This document shows, in pieces, positions 1-9,951 of a stretch of 19,596 nucleotides of DNA (position 1 is the stretch's first letter; every line of letters starts with the position of its first letter). Source of the DNA: Welwitschia mirabilis (taxonomy: Eukaryota). Location: assembly GCA_051453625.1 (NCBI GenBank), contig JBOZIK010000001.1, positions 14,362,875-14,382,470 of the forward strand. Reading direction: 5' to 3'. Position numbers and translations under genes: made by a program. A model generated the notes under the pieces. It saw only the letters and a list, made by a program, of their open reading frames with translations, was not told the origin of the DNA and did no database searches.

Positions 1-763
1 GAATGGAATGTCTTACAATACTTCAACAAGGTAGTGACTCCTCAATTTTAGAAGTAAAGACTCATCATCAAGAACGAACTCTCTTATGCTAAAATGGACT
101 CTTGGCTCCTTGGATGCCTTTATCACCAATCCTCCAATGCCAAAAAAATGGCTAAATGATGCCAAATAGGGGTTTTTATAGCTTTCTTAAGGTGGTTATG
201 AGTCAAGGAGGTTGATATAGGTAAAGAGATATCATTAGGCGTAAACTAGACCTTAATTTACTTAGTTAAGAAGAAGTTATGGCATTGTCATGTTACTGTT
301 GTCATGGGAATGACATGTGACATGATACGCTTTCATCATCTAATCACAGACTACCATGTTAAAAACTTGTTGAAATTCAAATTTGAAAATTAATGGCTAT
401 GTCATATCCTGTGTTATGGGGATGACATTCTCATAACAACCACATTAGCAAGCCACGTCAGCCTCACTGAGTCAGCCTCCATAAGCATTCTTTGAATGCC
501 TTCATCTTCTTGGTCATGTCCTATGTTATGGGGATGACATAGGGGACGATAGTCATTTTATTAGTGTTTTCCTCCACTTTTTGCTCTACTTTTTCCTTGG
601 TTGAATTCTTGTCTTTCTAGATGAAAATATGGCCTTTAAAGTCATAATTAGATTGTTAGATCAGTTCACGACAAAATGCTCGAAAATAACTGAATTGAGT
701 TCCTGTTCCCTGCAAAACATCACTAATTACACTATTAAAACATGACAATTTGGGATCACAACA
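1..763 (-). mobile_element. LTR-like fragment (probably Ty3/Gypsy, Athila/Tat-like) with its 5' end at 763, running off the window start
   Basis: The minus strand begins TGTTGTGATCCCAAATT at 763, exactly where homology between 764+ and 13718+ stops, consistent with an insertion junction. It is non-coding and has repeated GTCAT...ATGAC motifs. The lineage call is inference. Confidence 0.45.
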
Positions 764-1379
764 ACAAGACTAATTGTTCATTCTTTCATAGATTGACCTA
801 GTATTAGTAAACTTTATGTAAGATTAGTTCTTGTTTATTTAATCAGTTGTTAATTCTTTTATTATTAATGCACATTAATCTAGTATTAGAAATATTTAGG
901 TGAAACTATTTCATTATCAATTTCTTTTATTAATAAGTAAGTTTTTTAAGGTTACTTTTATGATTTTTAATCACTATTATTTGATGAATTATGTGCACAA
1001 ATGGTTCATACTTTCTACGCTTATAAAGGACTTTGAAGTGTTAGAGGAATTAAGTATCTCATCAACACTTATGTTACCATGGTCAAGTCTTAACAACTTG
1101 ATGATTATAGTTTATGTTTCAAGAATACAGGAGTAATTGTAGTAAAGATAAAGCATTGGATAAATCACATTAGATCTTTGAAGCACATCCATTTCCTTAT
1201 GTTGTCAACCAAAGATCACTTTAAAGTATCAACTTTTGGTTTTCATTTTATTTGAGTTTTATTATAAGTTAAGTTTTTTATATCACTTTTAATAAGATTA
1301 CTGCATATATACCCTATGAAAGAATGATACTAGATTCTTATCTAGTTTAAATAAATTTACTATACTAACACAAATAAGA
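764..1379 (+). repeat. 3' part of an Athila-like Ty3/Gypsy LTR (copy 1, 5'-LTR type)
   Basis: Collinear diverged direct repeat of about 13718-14360 (e.g. CCCTATGAAAGAAYRATACTAG...ACTATACT in both), followed immediately by a decayed PBS. Confidence 0.7.
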
Positions 1380-1380
1380 T

Positions 1381-1400
1381 TTTTGTGTTGTTGTTAGGGA
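1381..1400 (+). promoter_or_regulatory. Degenerate primer-binding site of Athila type
   Basis: TTTTGTGTTGTTGTTAGGGA versus canonical TTTGGCGCCGTTGCCGGGGA: 6 of 7 differences are C>T or G>A. It lies directly after the LTR end. Confidence 0.6.
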
Positions 1401-1587
1401 TATTAACACAGTCGCTTTTTAAGAATGCATGTTTTTTCTTCTTATAATTTTTAGTTAGGTTTTATTTTTCTAGTGGTGGGTGTTAGTCCTCTTTCTAATG
1501 ATAACTAGAGTAGTCTTTTTATTTTTATTTTGTGTGTTTATTTCTTTCTTTCTAGTGATTGATACTGGTCCTATAGATGATTGTAGA

Positions 1588-2608
1588 CTTTTCAAGCTTA
1601 GTCTTAACCTTTTACAAAATAAGGTAGTGATGTAATGATGATTTTAGAGCATAGATATCACTTATTCTTGATTTAGTAAATTTAATGGATCTCTTCTCCT
1701 ATAGATGTAAAACAATTGAAGCTCTTGATCTGAACTTGAAGGTAGAAATGATGCCAATAGAAGATCTTCTTTAATTAGAAATACAAATGCTAAGATACAA
1801 TAGTGAAAGTTACCCACTTATAATGCTTGATCCTTCAGATCTAAGAGATTCACCCAAATGAAGATAGTTCCAAAAGATTCTTTGGTTATTTATATCTTAA
1901 CTATTTATGTTAGAAGTCTTTTAGGATTTATTGCATTTGAAATGCACTTTCAATGGCTATAAATGGCTAGAAAACGGCTACCTAATGGATACATAACATT
2001 TAGAAAATTTTACTTCTGTTCTGTCCAATCGACTCCATAAAAATCTAGTCGAGTTCGTTCGCTACATTATCTAGTCAACCACTTCTCCTAATAAAATTCA
2101 TTTTAGTTTCCAGTATTGATTCTAACCAACCCCTTTAAGTGTCCAGTCAACCCCATGATGATCAGCTTAGGCATACCAACTATATAGTGGTTAGGTCTGG
2201 TTGACCTTATCTTAAGTCCAGTTGACCCCTTGTCATTTAGTCTAGGAATATTGTTTTTCAGGTCCTCAAATGTGGTTGACCCCATAAAGGTTCAATTGAC
2301 TCCTTTCCATTCAGTTCAGGGACACTGGTTCCTGAGGTTATAGGTCCTGCCATCTCCATCAAAAATCTGGTTAACCCCTCTGAATGCAGTTCATTTTCTA
2401 TCTGCTTTAGGTGTGGTCGACCCCTTAAAAATCTAGTTAACTCCATCAAGAGGGTAAAAGAACTGATAGGTTTTTAGTTCTCAAAAGTTAATAATTTTAG
2501 TTCTATCTTTTAACTTGTAAGTAATTTAACATCTTCTACATAAGATACATAAAATTTACTATATAGAAAACATTAGTTTGACATAAATTGGTAAAACATA
2601 ATTTAACA
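1588..2608 (-). repeat. 3' LTR of element A, lacking about 380 bp of its distal end
   Basis: Starts TGTTAAAT (minus strand) right after the PPT and aligns to about 7948-9020. Hand count: about 25 differences in 126 nt over 2105-2230. Confidence 0.9.
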
Positions 2609-2621
2609 ATATCCCCCTTTG
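2609..2621 (-). promoter_or_regulatory. Terminal polypurine tract of element A
   Basis: CAAAGGGGGATAT on the minus strand immediately before the TG of the LTR. Confidence 0.88.
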
Positions 2622-3046
2622 ACATTGATGGTAAACAATACTTAGTTGTGAAAAATAAGAACTTTTAGAAAAGCTCCACATTATAAAATGCCTATTTGCA
2701 AAATAATATTCCTTTTAAAATAGGTTAAGATATTTTGAACAATTAAATTTTATGCTTTAAATGAAATAATTTAATATGCATATTTGAAAGTTTAAAGAGC
2801 ACAACCTTATAATGAGTATATTTGAAAGTTTAAAAAGCACAAATTTATTTCCAATGTTAGAAGATTTTAAACTTTTTAAGTTAAGCATATATGATACCAA
2901 AAGAAAAACATATTTAGCATATAAAATTTAGAAAGGCACAAATATATTTAAGATACCAAATGAAACATAATTTTGTGCAAAATAGATAAGTGCATTTCAT
3001 TAGACATAAGTAAATATTACAAATATTTAACAAATAAACAACTAAT

Positions 3047-3060
3047 TATCCCCCTTTTGA
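3047..3060 (-). promoter_or_regulatory. Upstream additional PPT of element A (multi-PPT Sirevirus signature)
   Basis: GTCATTGATGTCAAAAGGGGGATAAT repeats the context of the terminal PPT (CATCAATGTCAAAGGGGGATAT). Confidence 0.75.
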
Positions 3061-3246
3061 CATCAATGACAAAGAAGATAAGAAATGTTTATTGAGAAAA
3101 TAATATTAGATAACAAAATTTATGTTTTATACTTTTGTTGGGATAGCTATAGAACCTATAGTATTTGGGCAACCAAGTTTTAAACTAGTTGACGGACCTC
3201 TTTTTATCGATCAAATAAAGGATTCAGTCGATCATCCTACAATCAA

Positions 3247-3720
3247 CTATAGAATAACAAGAGAACCCCTAGTTCATTTTTAAGACAAAGAAAAGTATCA
3301 AAATTTAGGGTTTAGTAAAAATATCTACTAATTATTGGTCTGAAGTTATAAAATTCATAGAGATGTGTCCTTTTTTTAACTTCGTCTCATAGGAAATGAT
3401 GTCTTAGCTCAATACGCTTCGTTCTTGAGTGTTGAACTGGATTTTTCGATATATTAATAGCACTTTTATTATCATAGCAAATAGGAACTTTCTTAAAATT
3501 AACACCAAAATCTTTTAACATTTCTTTCATCCATAAAAGGTGACTACAACAACTACCTGCTACAATATATTTGGCTTTTGTAATAGAGAGAGAAATAGAT
3601 TTTTATTTCTTGCTTAACCATCTTATTAGATATAAACCTAGAAGAAAGCAATTTTCACTTGTGTGTTTTCTATCATCTTTGCATCCAGCCTACTCTGCAT
3701 TACTAAAACCTACAAGTTCG
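3247..3720 (-). pseudogene. pol: RNase H domain of element A pol (stops and frameshifts)
   Basis: GFSNAE*AGCKDDRKHTS...AGSCCSHLLWMKEMLKDFG...YDNKSAINISKNPVQHSRTKRIELRHHF...DIFTKP. Confidence 0.92.
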
Positions 3721-4790
3721 AAAGATATCTTAGTGGAATACCATAAGTCATAATCACATTTATCCTTTACATACCTCATTATACTTTTTACTGCTTGAGG
3801 ATGTGATTCTTTTAGTTTGGATTGATATCTTGCACATACTCCAATACCAAACATGATATCTGGTCTATTTGCAAACAAATATAATAAAATACCAATCATA
3901 CTTCTTTAAAGTTTTTGATCTACTGATCCATCATTTTCATCCAAACTTACTTTACATGATGTAAACATAGGAGTGTCAGTTGGTTTTGCATTTTCTAAAC
4001 CAAATCATTTGATTAAATTTCTTACATATTTGGATTGAGAAATAAATATTTCATTTTTAGTTTACTTGATCTAAAGTCCAAGAAACATCTTAAGTTCACC
4101 AAGCATACTCATTTCAAATTGTTTTATCATTATATTTGCAAATTCATTTAATAGCTTTTCATTTGAGATGCCAAAGATAATATCATCTACATAAATCTAT
4201 ATAATAATGAAATCCTTTTCATATTCTTTACAAATAAGGTTTTATCTACAGTTCCTCAAATATATCCATTTTCGTTTAAAAATGTAGCTATCTTTTCATA
4301 CCAAGCTCTTGATGCTTATTTTAATCCATATAATGCTTTCTTAAGTCTATATACATACTCAGTTTTATGAGGATCAATAGAACTTTGTGGTCATTTTACA
4401 TAGACTTCTTCAATTAACATATCATTTAGAAAACACTTTTTATATCCATTTGATATAGTTTGAATTTCTTAAAAGCTGCAAAGGACAAAAAAATTTTAAT
4501 GCTATCCAACCTTGCAACTAAAGTAAAAGTATATCCTATATTAATGCCTTCTATTTGATTATAGATTTGAGCTACTAATCTTACTTTGCTTTTAATGATA
4601 TTATTTTCTTCATTGCATTTGTTTTTAAAAATCCATTTAGTTCTAATGACATTCTTATCTTTTGGCCTTTCTACTAGCATTTAAACATCATTTCTTTTAA
4701 ATTATTATAGATCATCTTGCATTGCCATCATCCATACCTCATGAATTTCTGCTTCTTCAAATTTCTTGGGTTCTATCTTTGAGACATAAC
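3721..4790 (-). pseudogene. pol: Reverse transcriptase domain of element A pol
   Basis: SKIEPKKFEEA..WMMAMQDDL; KNVIRTKWIFKNK..KVRLVAQ; KLYQMDIKSVF; IYVDDIIFG (YVDD at 4182-4193); SMLGELKMFLGL; LLYLFANRPDIMF. Confidence 0.95.
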
Positions 4791-6037
4791 AAACGTGAGT
4801 ATACAAATTTTTCATAACACCTTTTGTCTTTATTTTTGAATTAACTTCTTTAATAATGTATTCTAAAGAATGATCTTTAAGAACTTTGGGCTTTTTTAGT
4901 GTGCCTTCTTTTATTGGAACTTCATTTCTTTTGGTAGAACCTTCATTGGCTGTGGGAATACTTGTGGTTATGGTTTTCTCCTCATCTGTGCAGTTTGATC
5001 TTGTGTCAATCTCCTCAATTTTCGTGTTTATTAACCCTTTTATCATTAAGCTTCTTTTATTAAAAACACAATAGGCTCTACTTTTAGTTGAGTAATCCAA
5101 GAAGATAGCTTCATTTGCCTTCTCGAATTTTCTCAATTGTTCTCTATATTTTAGCATATAGCATTTACTACTGAAGACTTTAAAGTATGACACATTTGGT
5201 TATCTTCCTTTCCATAACTCATAAGGTGTTTTATTAATACTAGGCTTAAGATATACTCTATTAATAATGTATCATGTTGTGCTAACCAACTTAGCTCAAA
5301 AGGATTTAGGAACTTCAGTATCATTTAGCATAGTTCGAGCCATTTCTTAAAGAACTCTATTTTTTTTTTAGCTATACCATTTTGTTATAGTGTTTTTGGG
5401 GTTGAAAACTGATGATCAATTCCATTTTCAATGCAATATTTTTTAAAGAAATGATTTTCAAATTCACCATCATGATTACTTCTTATTTTTTTTATAGTAT
5501 ACTCCTTTTTCGTTTTGAATCTTATTGCAAATTTCAATCCAATGTTTATAATCTTTAGGTTTCTTTGACAAAAAGGCTACCCAAGTATATTTAGAGAAAT
5601 CATTAACTATAGTAATAAAATAATGTTTTCCATGTATACTTTAAGTTTGAGAAGGACCTACTAGATCCATATGAATAAGCTTTAAAGGCATAGATGTGGA
5701 CGCTTGGATTTTGTTTTTATCAGAGGTCCTAATTTGTTTTTCTTTTGGCAAGCATCACATAAGCCTCATTTTTCTATATTTATCTTAGGAATTCCTTTCA
5801 CAATGTTTTTATAAATAATAATTTTTAACTGATCATAATTAACATGACCTAATCATTTATGCCATAGCTCTTCTTAAGGAACATTAAAAATAACCTGAAG
5901 AAAATGATTTATCTATGCTATAAACATTGTCTATTCTACTTGCTCTAAGAATTACATCATTTGATTTTTAATAAAAAGTTTCACATTTTGATTTATCAAA
6001 AACTACCTTGTGATCTTTGCCATAAATTTGGCTAATG
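4791..6037 (-). pseudogene. pol: GAG-pre-integrase and integrase region of element A pol
   Basis: LWHK*LGHVN...CDACQ (HHCC); PLKLIHMDLVGP; VNDFSKYTWVAFL; IRSNHDGEFEN; QNGIA..KNRVL*EMARTML; YFKVFSSKCY..AIFLDYSTKSRAYCVFNKR. Confidence 0.93.
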
Positions 6038-6604
6038 NNNNNNNNNNNNNNNNNNNNNNNNNNNNNNNNNNNNNNNNNNNNNNNNNNNNNNNNNNNNNNN
6101 NNNNNNNNNNNNNNNNNNNNNNNNNNNNNNNNNNNNNNNNNNNNNNNNNNNNNNNNNNNNNNNNNNNNNNNNNNNNNNNNNNNNNNNNNNNNNNNNNNNN
6201 NNNNNNNNNNNNNNNNNNNNNNNNNNNNNNNNNNNNNNNNNNNNNNNNNNNNNNNNNNNNNNNNNNNNNNNNNNNNNNNNNNNNNNNNNNNNNNNNNNNN
6301 NNNNNNNNNNNNNNNNNNNNNNNNNNNNNNNNNNNNNNNNNNNNNNNNNNNNNNNNNNNNNNNNNNNNNNNNNNNNNNNNNNNNNNNNNNNNNNNNNNNN
6401 NNNNNNNNNNNNNNNNNNNNNNNNNNNNNNNNNNNNNNNNNNNNNNNNNNNNNNNNNNNNNNNNNNNNNNNNNNNNNNNNNNNNNNNNNNNNNNNNNNNN
6501 NNNNNNNNNNNNNNNNNNNNNNNNNNNNNNNNNNNNNNNNNNNNNNNNNNNNNNNNNNNNNNNNNNNNNNNNNNNNNNNNNNNNNNNNNNNNNNNNNNNN
6601 NNNN
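6038..6604. other. Assembly gap (N run); further gaps at 6842-6926, 8194-8223, 10115-10757, 16440-16449 and 18983-19082
   Basis: Runs of N. Confidence 1.
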
Positions 6605-6690
6605 CCTCCATCAAAGTTTCTTAATTATTTGAATCTAGATTTATCTCCTATCATATGCCTTAAACATATACTATTGAGATACCAGTTTGT
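6605..6690 (-). pseudogene. pol: Aspartic protease remnant of element A
   Basis: WYLNSICLRHMIGDKSRF, matching the Copia WYLDSGCSRHMTGD motif. Confidence 0.85.
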
Positions 6691-6926
6691 GCTATTTGAA
6701 ACCTTGAAAGCTGTCTAAATTAAAAGACTTTAAGATCACTATATTTTACTCACACAGTCTTTCTAGACTTACGTGGCATACCTCCTTTAGGAATAAACTT
6801 AAATGGGAAAGTACTACCTGAGTTTGAAAATAACATTAATTNNNNNNNNNNNNNNNNNNNNNNNNNNNNNNNNNNNNNNNNNNNNNNNNNNNNNNNNNNN
6901 NNNNNNNNNNNNNNNNNNNNNNNNNN

Positions 6927-7400
6927 TACCTAATTTTGCTATTTTTGAGGTCTTTGAGAGATGAAGCTAATACCTGACTTGCTGCCAATAGGTTTCTTAA
7001 TTCCAAGCATTTGTTCTAATTTGGTAGATCCACCTAAAAATTTATTAACAAAATAAGATAACTCTTTTATCTATAGAGTGAGATCAGAGTTTTTAGATTT
7101 GATTCTTTTAAGACTTAATTCCTTTTCCTTCTTTTCCTTGATGAGAAATTTTATAATCTTATTTAGATCATTTATCCTTTTAGTCATCTTTTCACATTCT
7201 TGGTCTAACTCTTGACAAGTATCTTCCAACTCATCTTGTTCTTCATTGTCCACATCATGGTTATCATGATCTAAAGTATTGTGCATATCTTGTAACGGAG
7301 GCACAAGTATTATAAAGAAAAGTCCCCTTTGTTTATCATATTTTTGAGCATTTATTTTGTCACTTTTACTTGACACCTGTGTGTTTCCATTAGCTATAAT
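6927..7400 (-). pseudogene. gag: Short gag remnant of element A (coiled-coil C-terminal part)
   Basis: ORF 7071-7376 is acidic then lysine-rich and coiled-coil-like. It continues past a stop into KFLGGSTKLEQMLGIKKPIGSKSGISF, resembling the Sirevirus gag L..IL..Q....K.GLGF motif. Confidence 0.65.
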
Positions 7401-7550
7401 CTATTTGAAAATATATCCATATGGTATCCAACATATATAGATAAAAGCATAAGTGTTAAGAAAGGGCATATTTAAAAAATCATCAAGGTGAACAAACATT
7501 GTGTGGTTCTAAAGTATAAATTGGTTAAGTTCTAAGAAAAGACTTAACTC

Positions 7551-7564
7551 GCTCTAATATAAAA
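7551..7564 (-). promoter_or_regulatory. Degenerate primer-binding site (tRNA-iMet type) of element A
   Basis: Minus strand reads ...CTTGACA|TTTTATATTAGAGC versus canonical ATTGGTATCAGAGC. Confidence 0.7.
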
Positions 7565-9020
7565 TGTCAAGATTAAAAACCCAAGAGGAAGGGTGAATAG
7601 ATTCTTTAAAAATTCCAACACAATATTTTAAATGAATCCAATCTTAAATAAAACTTGCATACAATAAAAGACTAATCTAAAATGTGCATGATATAAGAAA
7701 ATAATGGAAGTAAATAAATAATGACTGAAAGCACAAAAATATCAATTGGATGCAAACTAGATTTATAGTGGTTTGGGAACCTCCTACTCCACTTTTGATG
7801 ATTAGCCTATCATCAGGCTAGTTCTCAGATCTTCGTTACTCCACTAGGTATTTTAGGTTCACCTATAACCTTTACAAATGGACTTTTCTATCTTACTTCC
7901 AACCTTTGAATGAACTTCTCAATGCCTGGTCTCAATCTTTGGACAGCCTTTTCAAGGCTTAGTCTCAACCTTTCACAAAGTAAGGTAGTAATGTAATAAT
8001 TCTTTTAAAGCTCTTGATCTGATCTTGAATGTAGAGATGATGCCAATAGTAGATCTTCTTCAGTCAGAAATATAGATGTTAAGATACAACAGTGAAAGTT
8101 ACCCAATTACAATGCTTGATCCTTCAGACCCAATAGATTCACCCAAATGAAAATAGTTCTAAAATATTATTTGGTCATTTATGTCTTAGCTATNNNNNNN
8201 NNNNNNNNNNNNNNNNNNNNNNNATTTGAAATGTACTTACAACGGCTATAAATGACTAGAAAATGGCTATCTAATAACTACATAATGGATACATAATGTT
8301 TAGAAAATTTTACTTTCATTTTGTTTGGTCAACCCCACAAAAATCTAGTCGATCCCATATAGTGTTGTAAATTACATAGGTAGCTTGAGTAATAAATTTG
8401 ATCACTCTAATTTCTTATAGCTCCATGTCCCATCAACACCATATGGTTCGGTTGACCCTAGTCTGGTCGCCTGTTACATTATCCAGTTGCCCGCCCCTCC
8501 TAATAAAGTTCTTTCCAGTTTCCAGCATTAAGTCTGGTCGACCCCTTTAGGTATCTAGTTGACCCAATGATGATCAGCTCAGGCGTACTAGCTACATAAT
8601 GCTTAGGTCTAGTTGACCTCATCATAGGTCTAGTTGACCCCTTATCATTTAGTCCAGGGATACTGTTTATTAGGTCTTCAAATCTGATCAACCTCATAAA
8701 GGTCCAGTTAACACCTTTCCATTTAGTTCAAGGACACTAGTTCTCAAGGTTATAAGTCTAATCGACCTCATCAAAAATCCAGTTAACCCCTCTGAATGCA
8801 GTTCATTTTCTATCTACTTCAGATGTAGTTGATCCCTTGAAAATTTGATCGACCCCATCAAAAGGGTAAAAGAGTCGACAGGTTTCTAGTGCTCAGAAGT
8901 TGATGATTTCGGTTCCATCTTTTAACCTGCAAGTAATTTAAAATCTTCTGCATAAGATACACAATATTTGATATATAGAAAATATTAGTTTAACATCAAT
9001 TATCAAAACATAATCTAACA
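7565..9020 (-). repeat. 5' LTR of element A (about 1456 bp, complete TG...CA)
   Basis: Minus strand starts TGTTAGATT at 9020 and ends ATTCACCCTTCCTCTTGGG...CTTGACA at 7565. It contains AGTGGAGTAGG...AACCACTATAAAT and is homologous to 1588-2608. Confidence 0.92.
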
Positions 9021-9951
9021 TATATAATTTTTGGTGCCTCTAGTGAAGTTTTATCAAAAGAATTTGCAAATATTATGATAACACATTTTGAGATGAGTAT
9101 GCCTGGGGAAGTTAGAATGTTTCTTGGCTTACAGATTAAGCAATAAAAGAATGAAATTTTTATGTCTCAATCTAAATATGCAAAATATTTGATTAACTAA
9201 TTTAAATTGGAAAATGCTAAAACAACTAACACACCTATGTCAACTTCTTGTAAATTCAGTCTATATGAAGATGGAAAATTAGTCGATCAGAAGCTTGATA
9301 AAAGTATGATAGGAAGCTTATTATATCTAACTATAAGTAGATCTAATATTATGTTTAGTGTTGGTGTATGTACAAGATACTAAACCCAACCAAAAGAATC
9401 ACACCTATAGGTAGTCAAAAGAATAATAAAAGGCATATATGACTTTAGATTATAATACTCAATTGAGATATCTCTTGATCTTGCAGGATTAAGTGATTCA
9501 AATTAGACTAGGTGTAAGGATGATAGAAAAATAATAAGTGATAATTATTTTCTATTAGATCATGCTTAGTGGAATGGCTTAGTAAAAATCAAAACTCAAT
9601 CTCCCTTTCAACCATAAAAGATGAGTATATAGCATCAGGGATTTGTTGTGCTCATCTCCTTTAGATGAAGGAAATGCTAAAGATATTTGGTGTAGTTTTT
9701 AATCAAGTTTATATTTTCTATGATAATACTAGTGCAATAAATATTTCTAAAAATCTTATTCAACATTTCAGAACTAATCACATTGAATTAAAACACCAAG
9801 TTCTTAGAAATCAAGTTAAAAAAGGAAACATTTCTATGAATTTTGTTAGTATAGATCGTCAACTTGCTGATATCTTCACTAAAACCTAAATTTTGATAAT
9901 TTTCTTTGTATTCATAATGAACTAGGGGTTATCTCTCCATCCTCTAATTGA
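9021..9951 (+). pseudogene. pol: RT C-terminal half and RNase H of element B
   Basis: IIFGASSEVLSKEFANIM..FEMSMPGEVRMFLGLQIKQ; SMIGSLLYLTISRSNIMFSVGVC; YDNTSAINISKNLIQHFRTNHIELKH..QLADIFTK. Confidence 0.94.

Larger units (their letters stand above)
1588..9020 (-). mobile_element. Ty1/Copia LTR retrotransposon, Sirevirus (SIRE) lineage, degenerate, near full length (element A)
   Basis: Paired LTRs, Met-type PBS, domain order gag-PR-IN-RT-RH, YVDDIIFG, multiple PPTs, and a C-rich ATTCACCC motif near the LTR 3' end. Confidence 0.93.

Noticed and set aside
900..1136. 78-aa ORF
   Set aside because: Lies inside an LTR repeat, has a non-ATG start, and no equivalent ORF is called in the second copy.
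2103..2449. Similar small ORFs at 2103-2285, 2258-2449 and 8500-8697 suggesting a conserved peptide
   Set aside because: They lie in the two LTRs of the same element, so similarity is expected. Starts and stops are not conserved, and the STR/LTR residues simply translate the GTCGAC motif.
3571..5074. Plus-strand ORFs 3571-3753 and 4886-5074
   Set aside because: Antisense shadows of the minus-strand pol.
6003..6718. Long ORFs 6003-6614, 6010-6624 and 6035-6718 (also 10079-10762)
   Set aside because: Artefacts of translating through N runs.
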